DNA of 64,000 bases, taken from assembly GCA_965649765.1 (NCBI GenBank), contig OZ287757.1, positions 9,300,001 through 9,364,000 on the forward strand. The letters run 5' to 3'. Every line of letters starts with the position of its first letter. Within the stretch, counting starts at the first letter, position 1. Under the pieces are notes generated by a model. The model was not told where the DNA came from. It made no database searches and saw nothing but the letters and a program-made list of their open reading frames with translations. Positions 52,001 to 64,000 of this stretch are shown in pieces. The position numbers were made by a program, and so were the translations under genes. The stretch comes from Bispira polyomma. Its lineage: Eukaryota.

Positions 52001-55000
52001 ATGGATATTGGAGATTATCGTGTGGACAAAAATGTCTGCCTGGGTCGGGGTTCCTATGGCTGTGTGTTTAAAGGTTATGAAAGAAATAAGAAGAGTCCAG
52101 TTGCAGCTAAAGAAATTGTCAATGCTGATCATTTAAACAAAAGTACATTTCAAGAAATTAAAAGTCTTACATCAATTAAACACGACAATATATGCATTAC
52201 TGAATGCTTATGAACAGTCGAAGAGTTGGTGGATTATATTAGAGTACTGTGATCGTGGGGATCTAAAGGGATTTCTGAAATCGACCATGCCACATTTACA
52301 ACTGGAGGTGAAAATTAGTATTATGCTCCAGTGTGCTACTGCCATCAGCTACCTCCACAACCAGAAGCCATGTATTGTCCACAGAGATATAAAGTTAAAC
52401 AACATACTGCTGAAGACATCACCAAAAGGGCTCATGGTTAAAGTCTGTGATTTCGGCTTGTCAAAAATAATGGATACTGGGGATGAACCAATGAATACCG
52501 ATACTGGAACACTGGCATTTAGAGCTCCAGAACTCTTACTTAAAAGAGATGGCAGATATCAGTATACTTCTGATGTGGATACTTTTGCATTAGGGCTGGT
52601 TTTTAAAATCGTACTTGATGTCGGATTTGAAACTGAAAAATTAGAACCAACTGAAGGTAAAATCACTGTCCTCTGACACATATTTTATACCATTGTTATG
52701 TAAAAAAGATGGCAAACATCAGTATACTGCTGTTATGGATACTTTTGCATCAGGGCTATTTTTTGAAAATCTTGATTGATGTTGGATCTGAAAGTGAAAA
52801 GTTAGAACCAACTCAATATCAAAATCACTGTTCTCTGTTACATATTGTATTCTAATTTGTTGCATTTATTATTATTCAATTTGTTGCAGCTCAGAATCTG
52901 CTAGAGCTGCTTGCTCAATAAAAGCTACAGATAAATAGTTGAAACTTTCATAATTGATATTATTATATTATTTTATTTTTTCAATTTAATATATTCCATC
53001 CATTGCAGTCCCAGTTAAAGGTGAAGCAGCATGGATGATGACATATGGTATGACCTTGGACAAGTGCAGGAGTGAAAACCGAAAAAGTCCCGCTGTTTTT
53101 GTTCTCAGAGCCAGTGATTCAAATGTGCTGATGAATCTCAAAGCAGTTACAACCCGCATGATTGTGTACAATGCTGAAGATCGGCCTAAAATGCAAGAAG
53201 TAGAACACTTTTTACAGATACTTCAAGGACATTTAAATGAACAGTGAGTAAATACATTGTTACTATGTCTTTTGATAATAATATATGAAGCTGTACGTAT
53301 TATTGATGATAGCATTTGTAATAAATATTCCTCCCAAAATTGAACAGTTCTGGTATTAATGCTTTTTTCATCTTTAATTTAACTGCTGTTTTCTGGATAC
53401 TGTTAATATCACTAGATCCTTAGTCTTGTGTCATTGTAAATTGAACAGTTTATTGGTGCAGTAAATTGGGACAGAGTAGTTGGTGAAGTGAACAGTGCTA
53501 TAAATTATTATATACAATTTGATTGGATACCCATCTTCAGAATTCACATGTAACGGCATTAATTGTGAATTTTATGGTGATTGTTTTGTCAATAAACATA
53601 AAATATATTTTATATATGCATTAGTTAATGCATTATTTAGTCATTAATATACATTACAGTGTCCTTGATTGTTTGATCCCATAGGAACCTAATTTACTCA
53701 GACGTGTTTCTACATTATGCCAAACAGAAAGACAGTGAGAAAGATAATCTTGTCAAACAATTACAAAACTGTGAAACTGAAATCCAAGAACAGAGAACAA
53801 GGTAAAATGTCATGTATGCAATGACCGTATCAGGTGTAGTGTCAATTCAATGCAACCAAATAAGCTCACTTAGTGAACTCTGGCTATATGTCATTTGATC
53901 TTTTGATTAGGTTAATGAAACAGTGTTTCTAATTTTTTGATAGTGAATCTTTCTTACACTAATTTTGATCAATTTTCCCCCATAGACATCACAGCTATGC
54001 CAATCGGATAGAAGTAGTTGTGTCAGAGTTAATGTGCAAATAAACAAGGAGTCTAATGCTATTCAGATAGGGGTATATGTAAGATTTACTTTCAATCAGA
54101 TTAATATTTTTTACTTTTTGACACCACTTGTACAAATTTTGACATACATCGGAGAATGTGAAATGGGTAAGTTAATTTATACTAGATATTGCTGTACAAA
54201 TAAACACTTAGTGGGCATATATTTGCAAATAATGGACTGTACTTTCAATGGAATAATAGATAAGCATAAATGTAAGCTTACATTTTACTGCTATGGACAA
54301 TCTAAACAATTTGTTCACTACACTATATTCTTATGGTCTGCCATCTTGGCATCCATTATTATCCCAAATAATGGTAAGGTAGAATTTATACAATGTTCCT
54401 TAGGTTTGTTCACTGCATACTTCAGGTATTTGTAACAGGTTTTGCAACTGTAAAGCCTTGTGACAACTTTTATTTATGTTGTACTATATATTAGTTGCAT
54501 GACTACTCCACGCTTATCCATCCTCATCCTATTTTTGTAGAACTTTGAGTTAGAAAAGAAAGTTTCATTGTTTGAAGATAAATGTCACTCACTAGAAAAC
54601 AACTTCTTACAGAGGGACCAGGAACTGGCAGAATGTAAAACTGAACTACAGAAAAAGTAAGACTTTTCCACAACACAATACAGAAAATTTAAGTTAAGTA
54701 TTATTATCACAACATGTTATATTTATATCATGTTTACTTTAAAAAAAACTTACCCGCAGTTTAGACAAATCCATTGAAAAAAACCCTCTGATGTGTAATG
54801 TTAGTATCCCACATGTGGGGGGGGATTAATGAAATTGAATATTTGGATAATAGAAGCTCAACCTGCTTCTGTCCTGGATCTTGAATTGTAATGTACTGTG
54901 ATTATGTGTTCACAATAGGGTGATTTGATTTGGTTTCTCTATTTAACTGTTGGCAATACCTGATGGAAATTTTTAGGTAACAGGTTATAGATAACTGGGT

Positions 55001-58000
55001 AACAGGTTATAGATAACTGGAGTTAGTAAAACAAAGACTACCTTGGTTACTCAGTAACAACATCAAATATATTTCTTGATCAGAGAAGTATGCTGTACTA
55101 ACAATGTCCTATTTCAGGAAACTGAAGTGAAATAAATAAATATTTTGATGGCTTACCGACAGACATATGTTCTAGAAGCAACAAATTCAGTCAGTTAAAA
55201 TCGACAACCTTGTGGTTCAAAAGGTTAAATTTTGTTGCTTGTCAATGTTAAACAAATACCCTGAAGTTCAAATAAAAGTCTATTCATCTGAAGCATTTTG
55301 TTGATATAGAAAAAAACAGGGTACTTGAATGGAGTAGTAGTTCTTGCCTCCCCCTCGCCTCTTTGGCCGTGGGTTCAAAGCTATACATATACTTATTTGT
55401 ACCTAATTACTATTGGCTTACTGATAATGTTGTTGCACTTTAAAAATGTATATTAATAATAAAGCATTGTATATTATTCCATTATTATTATTTTTTTTTT
55501 TTTTTTTTTTTTGGGGGGGGGGGGGGGGGGGCACTGCTGTTATCTGACATTTGTTAAAACAAATAGTTTTCCTTGTTAAATTTAACCCTTTAACAACCTT
55601 GTCTGTCGAGCAGAGTGTTGATGACCATTTAAATAGCTAAAAACCATGTTTGCTGATGCATGTTGACACCAGTATATTGCAGTTGTCATATCATCGGGTT
55701 TGTGGGAGAGCGTTTTTAACATGGCTTCTACGAATTATAGGAAAACTACAGGATTGCCCTGTGAACACTATGTTTTGTATAATTTTGATTAAATTTCACT
55801 ATTGTGTGTAACAATAACGCCAAAACAGCTGTTTCTGTGGTTTAACATGTTTTTTTTTTACTAAAGGCTAAGCCAAGACTTTGTCTTAGGTCTAATATAC
55901 CTTTGTGCTATATTTAAGACAATGTCTACACTTATTTGTGAACCAGAACCATAATTTTCATTTTGGTTGTTAGTGCAGGATACTCCCTGTAACTAGAACT
56001 AGTACAAATTTCTCTATTACTAGATTTACTTTTACTATGTCAGCACCATCGATGTTGGATCATTTCATTACCAGGCTCAATGTTTGAAACTTGACAATCT
56101 TCTTAATTTGTTTTCATTTAATGACAATGTACAAAGTTTAACATATTATGCCTTAAATTATATTTAATAAAAATATATATTTGATAATAAAAAAGTATCC
56201 TAAAGAAAATAACAAGTTTATTTTTTGTTGCTATGAATTTCACTTAAAAATTTCACCTATAGTTTTAATTTCAATATTCTAGTTTATTTTTGTTGCTATG
56301 AATTTCAATTATAACCCCTCCCCCCCTCCCACCACCCTCTCTACTTTACAATATTTTATTAAGGGAAGTAGATCAAGTCAATAAGAACAAGACAATCACA
56401 TAACATAATCATATTATTATTGAAAATAGTAAACATTTTAATGTTTTAATTATCATTCCTATTGTTATGATGTTACTCCATTGCTTAAAACAGAAATTAA
56501 TTCATACAACATGTGACAAGCACATGCAGCACAATCCCTGTGCTCTCACCAACGTGGGTTTGTTCCTCCATGTGGGGAAGTTGGTCAGATACTTGTAGCA
56601 GGTCGGTGATTTTACAGTGCTTTTGCAACTTGTCACTTCTACCAAGATATTGGACCATCCTGATATGATCGAAAATTCAATATTTTAACGCTAGAACAGC
56701 TCATCAGCTTCAGTAGTAACATATTTGCATCACTCCTCTGCAGTCGGCATTGAAAACTCTGTGTTAGCTTTGTATGAAGGAAAGTTGGCAGTAGAGTTAA
56801 GACAAGAACATGAGGCAACAAATACCCTTAGGGACATCTTTTAGCGTGTACCGGGGGAAAGCCCGCTACGAAAAAAACACCATAAAACTTTGTAAAATAT
56901 CTGAGACAAGACTGAGTTCATAATCTTTGGCTCAAAACAACAGAGGGATAAGTTGGAAGCATTGTTTCCAGTTGACATCCTGGGTAGCCCCTTCAGTCCA
57001 GCTGATTCTGTCAAGAACCTGGGTGTATGGTTTGACTCTGACTTTTCTTTCTCTAAACACGTTCAGAGTGTCTGCAAAAGCTGTTTTATGCAACTCCGTG
57101 ACTTTAGACATGTCAGACGGTTTCTCACTTATGATGCTTCTATACTTGTGGCCAATGCTTTTGTCAGTAGTAGACTGGATTACTGCAATTCACTTTTCAG
57201 GAGTCTCTCAAAGTTTAATTTACGCAAATTACAATGCATTCAAAATAGTGCAGCTAGAATTGTGTCAAACACCAGTCAATACACTAGTATAACTCCTGTT
57301 CTTAAGAAATTGCATTGGCTCCCTGTTGAACAGCGTTCAGTGTTTAAGACAGCTACACTTGTTTATAAGTTTCTCCACACTGGGTTTCCAAAGTACTTTG
57401 CCCCATATCTTTTCACTTACAGTAGTTCCTACAATACCAGACGTAGTCAGAGTGGTAGTAATTTCCTTGTTGTTCCGAAGTTCCACCCATCTACTCAAAG
57501 GTCGGTAAAACAGTTTGGTCACAGCTTTGCTTTTGATGCTCCCATTGTTTGGAATGGTCTTCCTGAGGTGATTCGTGCTTCCCCCTCACTAGCCTGTTTT
57601 AGAAAGAAGCTTAAAACCCACTTGTACACTAAAGCATATCCACCTTAGTCTCAATCATCCCCCGGTGCGCTCTATGTTGCTGACCCTTTTTCTGTCCCTT
57701 GATTTTGGAAATTGCATAACTGTCTTTTGTGCTGGTGCGCCTTAGAGTCCCCTTTGTTAAGGGGAGATTAAACGCAATAAAAGTCTAATTACAATTACCC
57801 TGTGTAGAGTTTCTCCCCTACTAAACTGTCCATCGTGACATAATGTGAACGTCTTGAAAGGGTTATTAAGGCAAAAATTAAGCAACCAAAGTAAATTGGG
57901 ATGAAATTAAAAATAAATATAACATATATTGTAAGCTACAGAGAGATTTAAAACATCACACAGCAAGGAATAAACAAATATCTGACCAGTAAGCAAGGTG

Positions 58001-59400
58001 TACCAGTCTTTTTCAACTATATTTGTTGGTTTGTAGAAATTCAGTAGAAAATTCAGATTATCTAAATGTTCCTAAAGATTCAAATTTATTATCTCATTTT
58101 CATGGAATAATATAATCTGTAAAGTTTCATTATTAAGGTGAGGTGATCATCCTGGCTTGTTGTGTTGAATTTGACAATCTTGTCTTATTGTTTCCTAATG
58201 CTTCCTCTCAAAGAAAACAAGTTTAAAAATGGTTAATGACAGTATTAAAACTTGCCTTAGTTTTTAGAAATTTTGATAGTGCAACTTATATTATTCCTGT
58301 GTTATACTTTCCAAAGAATAGCTAGCTCATGCAATTTGATAACTTCATTCTCAAACAACAAATGGCTGCAACTTTTAATTTTGCTGTGATAAATTTGAGA
58401 AAAATTGTACAGCATCTCTCATATTCCAGTTTCTTTTATTTGTTTTAGATTGATGCAAGAACAGACGGCTCACAATGGCACTACAGAGGGGCTGAGCTGT
58501 TTACGACAAGAAAACCATGAGTTTAAAGATAGGTGAGTGAATATTAATATTTATAATATGGACTGTGTCTGTGTTCCTATTGTTTTTCTAGCTTACAGTC
58601 ATTATTTTTGTGTTGTCTGCCATCCAAATTTTGGTTTCTGCTCATTTAAAAGTATTACACATATCTTTATCAAATTGAATACACAGGTTTATCATTGGTA
58701 TACATTGCTTAGGATTTTGGGCCCATTTCATAAACAAAATGGCTTCTGCTTCCAGAAGTTTTTGCGAATAGCTTTGTGGTGTTGCCAAAATGAAAACTTA
58801 GGTATTCACATAGATACATACACTCATTTAATACAGTAATATTATAAGAATTAACCAGAACATCTAAGTTCAAGATACCGATTCATTGATTTGTCATTAA
58901 ATGCAGTGACATCGTGAGATTTTCCAGAATAGCAATTTTTATATTCTAAAATCTGTATATCTCCGTGAATATGGGATGTAATTTTACTTGTAAAAAGCTT
59001 TATAAATGTAATAATTTAGTTTAATAAAATATTGATCTTAAAATTGTAGCTTTAGTAACTTAAAAAGGCCAGAATTGGTTGAACTCACTCAATTAATTTA
59101 TTTAATAAAGATAAGTAAAAATAGATATGACGTCATATGCTTAGCAATAAAGAGAGGTTTCCCCAAAACTGTAAATTGAATGCTTGTTACTTCCTTATTT
59201 ATAGCTGTATTAATACCAAATTATCGGTGAATCGTCACTGAAAAAGACCTCATATGTTTCTTATCATATTACTTGTGCAGCATCTCTCAGATTCCAGTTT
59301 TACTTATTTGTTTTAGATTGCTGCAAGAAAAGGCTGCTCACAAGGCCACTACAGAGGATTTAAGACGTTTACAAAAAGAAAACCGTGAGTTTAAAGATAG
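52001..59400 (+). pseudogene. Ser/Thr protein kinase (IKK/ULK/STK35-like) with C-terminal coiled-coil exons; frameshifted as assembled; coding exons 52001-52656, 53009-53243, 53685-53801, 54541-54656, 58449-58532, 59317-59400; no terminal exon identified
   Basis: Catalytic motifs all present: GRGSYG, VAAK, QEI, LEYCDRGDL, HRDIKLNN, DFG, GTLAFRAPE, SDVDTFALG, EDRP. Frame break at ~52193 (HDNI-t-ALLNAY) and a 116-nt exon at 54541 that is one base short for phase 2. Pseudogene versus assembly indel cannot be decided from sequence. Confidence 0.75.
56900..57798 (+). mobile_element. 5'-truncated L2 copy (related family) in kinase intron
   Basis: KTEFIIFG..VKNLGVWFD..SRLDYCNSL..LHWLP..AYPP*, 3' UTR and short (CAATTA) tail. 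Confidence 0.9.
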
Positions 59401-61529
59401 GTAAGTAATTAGTTATTTTTGGTACTAGATTTGACACTTGGGTTTATCATGGTTATTGATTGCTTAGGATTGAATTTGTGCATATGCCGATAAACTAAAG
59501 GGCCTCCATATTCCTTAATTTGTGATTGATTTCAATTTTGTTTGTTAAACAGAATATGTGGGGTGAATGGGAATTCACTTATGCTATGTGTCCAGTTTTA
59601 CCACAAAAACATATCACACTTGTGACAGCCTGCATAAAAAAAGCCCTGCTTCTGATGGCCTGCACTGCGCTGGCACAATATCTTGTTAATTATTTTCCTG
59701 GGTCAGATGGACGATTTGCATACTTTGTCTTACAAAAATTGAAGCAGCTTTTTTTACGAGAGCAAACTGCTAAAACTCTTTTTGTCTATATCTCAGTGAC
59801 TACTGCATTTTTTTGCCCAAAAGCTATTAACAGAACTAATAAAATATACAAAAATAAGTGTAGAGAAAGAAATCTAAAATTCACCATTATATCTGTAATT
59901 CGCCACCCCTAAAATTCAAGCCTAATCAGTAAACACTGAACAGGAGAATAATAACTGGAATTTAGGTAAGTAAGGGCAAAACTCGAAATTTCAGCAAATA
60001 ATACCGACAATTCTATCAAAAACACAACATTTTCTATGTAGTAAATTTCAAATACAGTGGCAAATTTTAGAGTCTTTATTCTACTTGTTTGAAACACCCT
60101 GACCTGAAACATTTGTCTGGAATTATATATATCTCAAACTACTTCTCACAGGACATTCTCATTTGGCACAAATTTAGTAGAGATATGATTGTCTGCCAGT
60201 GTGGCTTAGGAACGCAGAGGACCTGTACTCAATCCCAGCTTGGGATGACCATGTATAGAGCAGATACATAGGTGTCCCAGATGACAACTTCTGTCATTGG
60301 GATCTATTCCCAGTGGTAATAGTTTGTGTGCATCATATTTATTGGTTTAAGAAGGGGGTGAAATGATCCCCGATTCACTGGAATAAGATGCCTTTGATTC
60401 GCGATCTGAGCCGTGGACATATAAAGTAAAGTTATAATAACAATTTGCTAGTTTAATTTTATCATATTTTGAAGAAATAAGGTCTCTTTTTTAGTGACTA
60501 TACCTTATTATATTTTTAAACCATTTTGTAATATCGCTCTCACAAATTGGAAGTTTCGTCGAACGTGATTTGTAGTGTGTGTATGGTATGTATTTAAAAC
60601 ATCTATTTTACCTAATTTGTCTAGTGTTGTGGGAGGTGACTATAAAATTACCTTAAATTACCCTGGGTTCTGGGAAGTGACTAAAATCGCCTTAAATAAC
60701 TTAAATTACCAGGTTCTGGGAGTTGACTGTAAAATTCATCCGGGTTCTGGAATGTGCTGTAAAAATTGCCTAAAGGTCTTGGAGGTGGCTTTGTAAGACA
60801 TAATAAAATATCAAATTTATTCTTTTCATTTATATACAATTGACATGGTGATTATACAATAATACAAGTTACACAAATTACATAAAAAGTTTTCACTATT
60901 TACTTGAGACAATAATATTATGCACATAGAATTACCTCCCAGCCCAAGGGTGTATATTGTATTTGCTGTTTAGCTGTACTTGTAGTTATCACCTTGATCG
61001 CCAGATAAAAGTAAATAAATGTAAATACAAGACAATGTTCAAGACAGTATTTTTTGCTCTTTTGCACCCCAGGAGACAACTATTACTGGAAACTGAAGGA
61101 AAGTTTTCGATAATAGTTTACAGACAGCTAAAGACACTAAAACAGACGACTCACTTCTTCCGCCATTCAATAACAGCCTCACATATCATTTTCAAACAAG
61201 AAAGTCAATTATCTGAAGAAAGATAAAATAATATGTTTAGGGTGACGCCTACTTGCTGACAGACATAGGAACTGGGAGTGACAAATGCCGTCTGCTTCAA
61301 GTCAATAACATAGGAGTCAAAAGGGTTAAAATGACATCTAGATATCTAAGACGAAGTTCAGATTTGGTAGAACTATTCGGTTAGGGGTTTTGAGGTATTA
61401 TGTCATGGTTAGATTTTATTTGGCACCAAAATGTCTGTGTCATTATATTCTTATGAGAACTGTATTTCAGCAACTACATTAGAACCTCTATTATCCAAAC
61501 TTCTATTATGAAGCGTCCCGCAAGGAACG

Positions 61530-62990
61530 CTTGTTTGTATACCAGAGAAAATTCACACTTTCACCATATTTATTTTTGATCGGGGCTGAAGTACTGTCTT
61601 CATTACTAAAACTAAATCCAAATATAAAAGGTTTTAAGTTGAGAAAAGAAGAGATCAAATTGACATAGTTTGCAGATGACACAACCCTCATACTTGATGG
61701 ATCACACCGCTCTCTAGAGACAGCACTTAATATGCTAGAAATATTTGGAAATGTTTCTGGCTTAAAAATGAACTTGGAAAAAACAAAGGTTATCTGGATT
61801 GGTCGGAAACGTTTCTTTAAGGAAACATTAAAAATAAAACAACCTAAAATGTGGCAACTCAGAATTTTCTATGTTATCATTAAATTTTTCAGCCAATTTG
61901 GGTGATATTCCAATCATAAACTACTCTGAGGCATTAGAAAAATTAAGAAGGACATTGCAAATTGGAGAAATAGATATTTTTTTTTTTTTTTTTGAGAATA
62001 TCACTTATTAAAACCAAATTTTTGTCAAAACTGATACACCTCTTCATTACCTTGCCTGCACCATTAGGTTCTTTGAAACAGATAAATAAAATGATGTTTG
62101 AATTTTTATTGAATCATAAACCTGATAAGATGAAACGAAAAATCATATGCCTGGATTATTCAAAAGGGGGTTTGAGAATGATTAATATATTCTATTTTGA
62201 AAAGGCATTAAAAAAACTTGGATACGAAGGACAATCTATCAACCAGGAGTAGCATGGAACAAGGTATGAATATAACATTTCTACAAATATTTTAGACTTT
62301 TACAGGTTAAAACTCTCGGTTGAGAAGTTCCTGAAGATATATAAAAAAGCCAGGACATTTTTTTTCTTGAGACCTAGTCTACCATTCCATATAAAAATTT
62401 TGTGTACATCCAGAAAAGGGATTAATGTTTTCTATAAAATTTACAGTGAAGATGACTTTAAGGAACCAATTTGTAAATCAGTATGGGCAGTAAAACTAAA
62501 TTTTATAGTTGATATCAATGTTTGGGAAAATATTTTTAAGGCCAGTTTCAAGTCCATTTCAAATAACACATTAATATGGTTTCAATATAAAATACTTTTT
62601 AACATTTTTGATACCAATTAATATTTGCATAAGATAAAAGTAGTTGATTCCAACCTTTGCAATTTTTGTTAGCGACATCCAGATTCTATTTACCACCTTT
62701 TTACTCAGTGCACTTACGTTGACAAATTTTGACAAAATATATTAGATTGGATCTGGAATAAGTTGGCTCTTAAAATAGAGCTATGTGATGTCTGGCCACT
62801 GAACTTTTTGCTACTAGTATCAAGGTATTACATATTTTTGTGGTCAAAGAGGAAATTTCAATTGAACATATATTTCCTTCAGAAAAAAATTTAAATTATA
62901 TTTTTAAAACAAAAACTTTTGTCGAAAGTAAATCAAACTGAACAAAAACTTAACAAGAAATGGGAAGTATGGGAAAACTTAATAATGCAA
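61530..62990 (+). mobile_element. Degenerate L1/Tx1-clade RT fragment
   Basis: LSPYLFLIGAEVL, FADDTTL, SGLKMNLEKTKVIWIG, RISLIKTK..SKL, KGGLRMI, WFQYKIL and a C-terminal zinc-knuckle remnant; many frameshifts. Confidence 0.75.
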
Positions 62991-63420
62991 AACGTGTTTT
63001 TTTTTTGTTAAACTTCTACATAAAATGACCAGTGAAAAAGTGAGCATTATAAAAAAAAATATATTAATTTTTTTTTTATGATTTGGTAACCAGCATCGTA
63101 GTGTAAGCTTTTGTTGTGACAAAATTATTGCATTTGTTAAGATGTGCCTACTGTATATGTGTAATATTTTTTATAATATATAAATATTTTTTTTTAAATT
63201 TTAAAAAAAATTACTCTTTTTTTTCCGGCCAACTTAAATTTCTGTGTTAAACGCCAAAACACGTTTTTTCGCAAACGGTGCCAGATAGAGCGATTTTGGA
63301 CGAATTTTAGGCTCGGAGGGTATATGCAGAAAATTGCTGTCCCGCCATTTGTGGCAGCCTTGAAAATACATTTAACATCACACAATGTCCCATTGAGACA
63401 TTTTCTTTCATTTGCAAAGC

Positions 63421-63683
63421 GGGGCCGCAGTGGCCTAGTGGTTAGCAAGCATTGCGCTTCACAATCACTGGTCTCTCACCTCTGGGCGGCGTGAGTTCGA
63501 ATCCCGTCGATGCCTATGTGGGAAAGGTGGTAGTTCCTCACTGTGGCTGCTGGTTTCAGTGCAGAACCTTGATCAACTGTATGCAGTGTTTCCTCCAGTG
63601 TTTCCAACTACCCGTCCCAATATAACCTAAACAGGTACTAAAGTGGACGTTAAAATATCCCAATTAAAAAAAAAAAAAAATAA
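63421..63683 (+). mobile_element. Young tRNA-derived SINE, full length
   Basis: A box TGGCCTAGTGG, B box GAGTTCGAATCC, A-rich tail, 14-bp TSD ttcatttgcaaagc (63407-63420/63684-63697). Confidence 0.9.
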
Positions 63684-64000
63684 TTCATTTGCAAAGCAGT
63701 ACTCTAGTTTGAATGTTTGATTATATGAAATCATTTCTACACTGAATTTATGTTTTCCAATTGTTTTTTATGCAGAAAAACTCTTCCATTTCCAGTTGTA
63801 CATCTTGTGTTTTACAGAATTTTTGGTATGATATATTGAAGGCCACACACCATTTTCATGTACATAATTATTGTTAGGATTACATAATTGAATGACTAGG
63901 TGACATAAACTGTGTACGTTATGTTCTTAACATACACATACTTTTCTATTTTAAATACGAGAATTTATCGTACCAACAGGAAACTCAACTGGCAGACTTA

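Noticed and set aside
54034-54435. 133-aa ORF (likewise 3268-3657, 37877-38293, 59526-59912 and similar)
   Set aside because: Composition typical of AT-rich intronic or UTR DNA, no domain motifs, no consistent splice signals
63421-63510. tRNA gene
   Set aside because: A/B boxes belong to a SINE head followed by body, A-tail and TSD; several dispersed copies; no convincing cloverleaf

Overview
AT-rich eukaryotic (invertebrate metazoan, probably mollusc/lophotrochozoan) genomic DNA with spliceosomal introns; no prokaryotic features, rRNA, true tRNA or CRISPR seen. Gene models built by hand from GT-AG sites and intron phases: (1) last three exons of a + strand 7TM receptor (cAMP-receptor-like/GPR157-like; 454-2105); (2) two tandem - strand paralogues with coiled-coil + Mieap/SPATA18-like C-terminal domain (gene A, CDS 3072-31039, ~437 aa; gene B, CDS 38227-44649, ~504 aa); (3) a - strand IRF transcription factor (CDS 19398-21803, ~561 aa, DBD+IAD in one exon) nested on the same strand inside the 16.9-kb first coding intron of gene A; (4) a + strand Ser/Thr kinase with coiled-coil exons (from 52001, open at the 3' end) carrying a frameshift. 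The most striking pattern is regulatory: the IRF upstream region has an adjacent GAS (TTTCCCCGAAA) + kB (GGGAATTCCC) pair and an ISRE, and both Mieap-like paralogues have an identical 18-bp ISRE/IRF-E upstream, suggesting a compact invertebrate 'interferon-like' IRF/target-gene cluster. The rest is repeats: L2-clade LINEs (two near full length, with 2A-like NPGP motifs), an L2-tail SINE-like element, tRNA-derived SINEs, MITEs, a decayed Harbinger transposon, an L1/Tx1 fragment and simple repeats. All family assignments come from motif recognition, not database searches.
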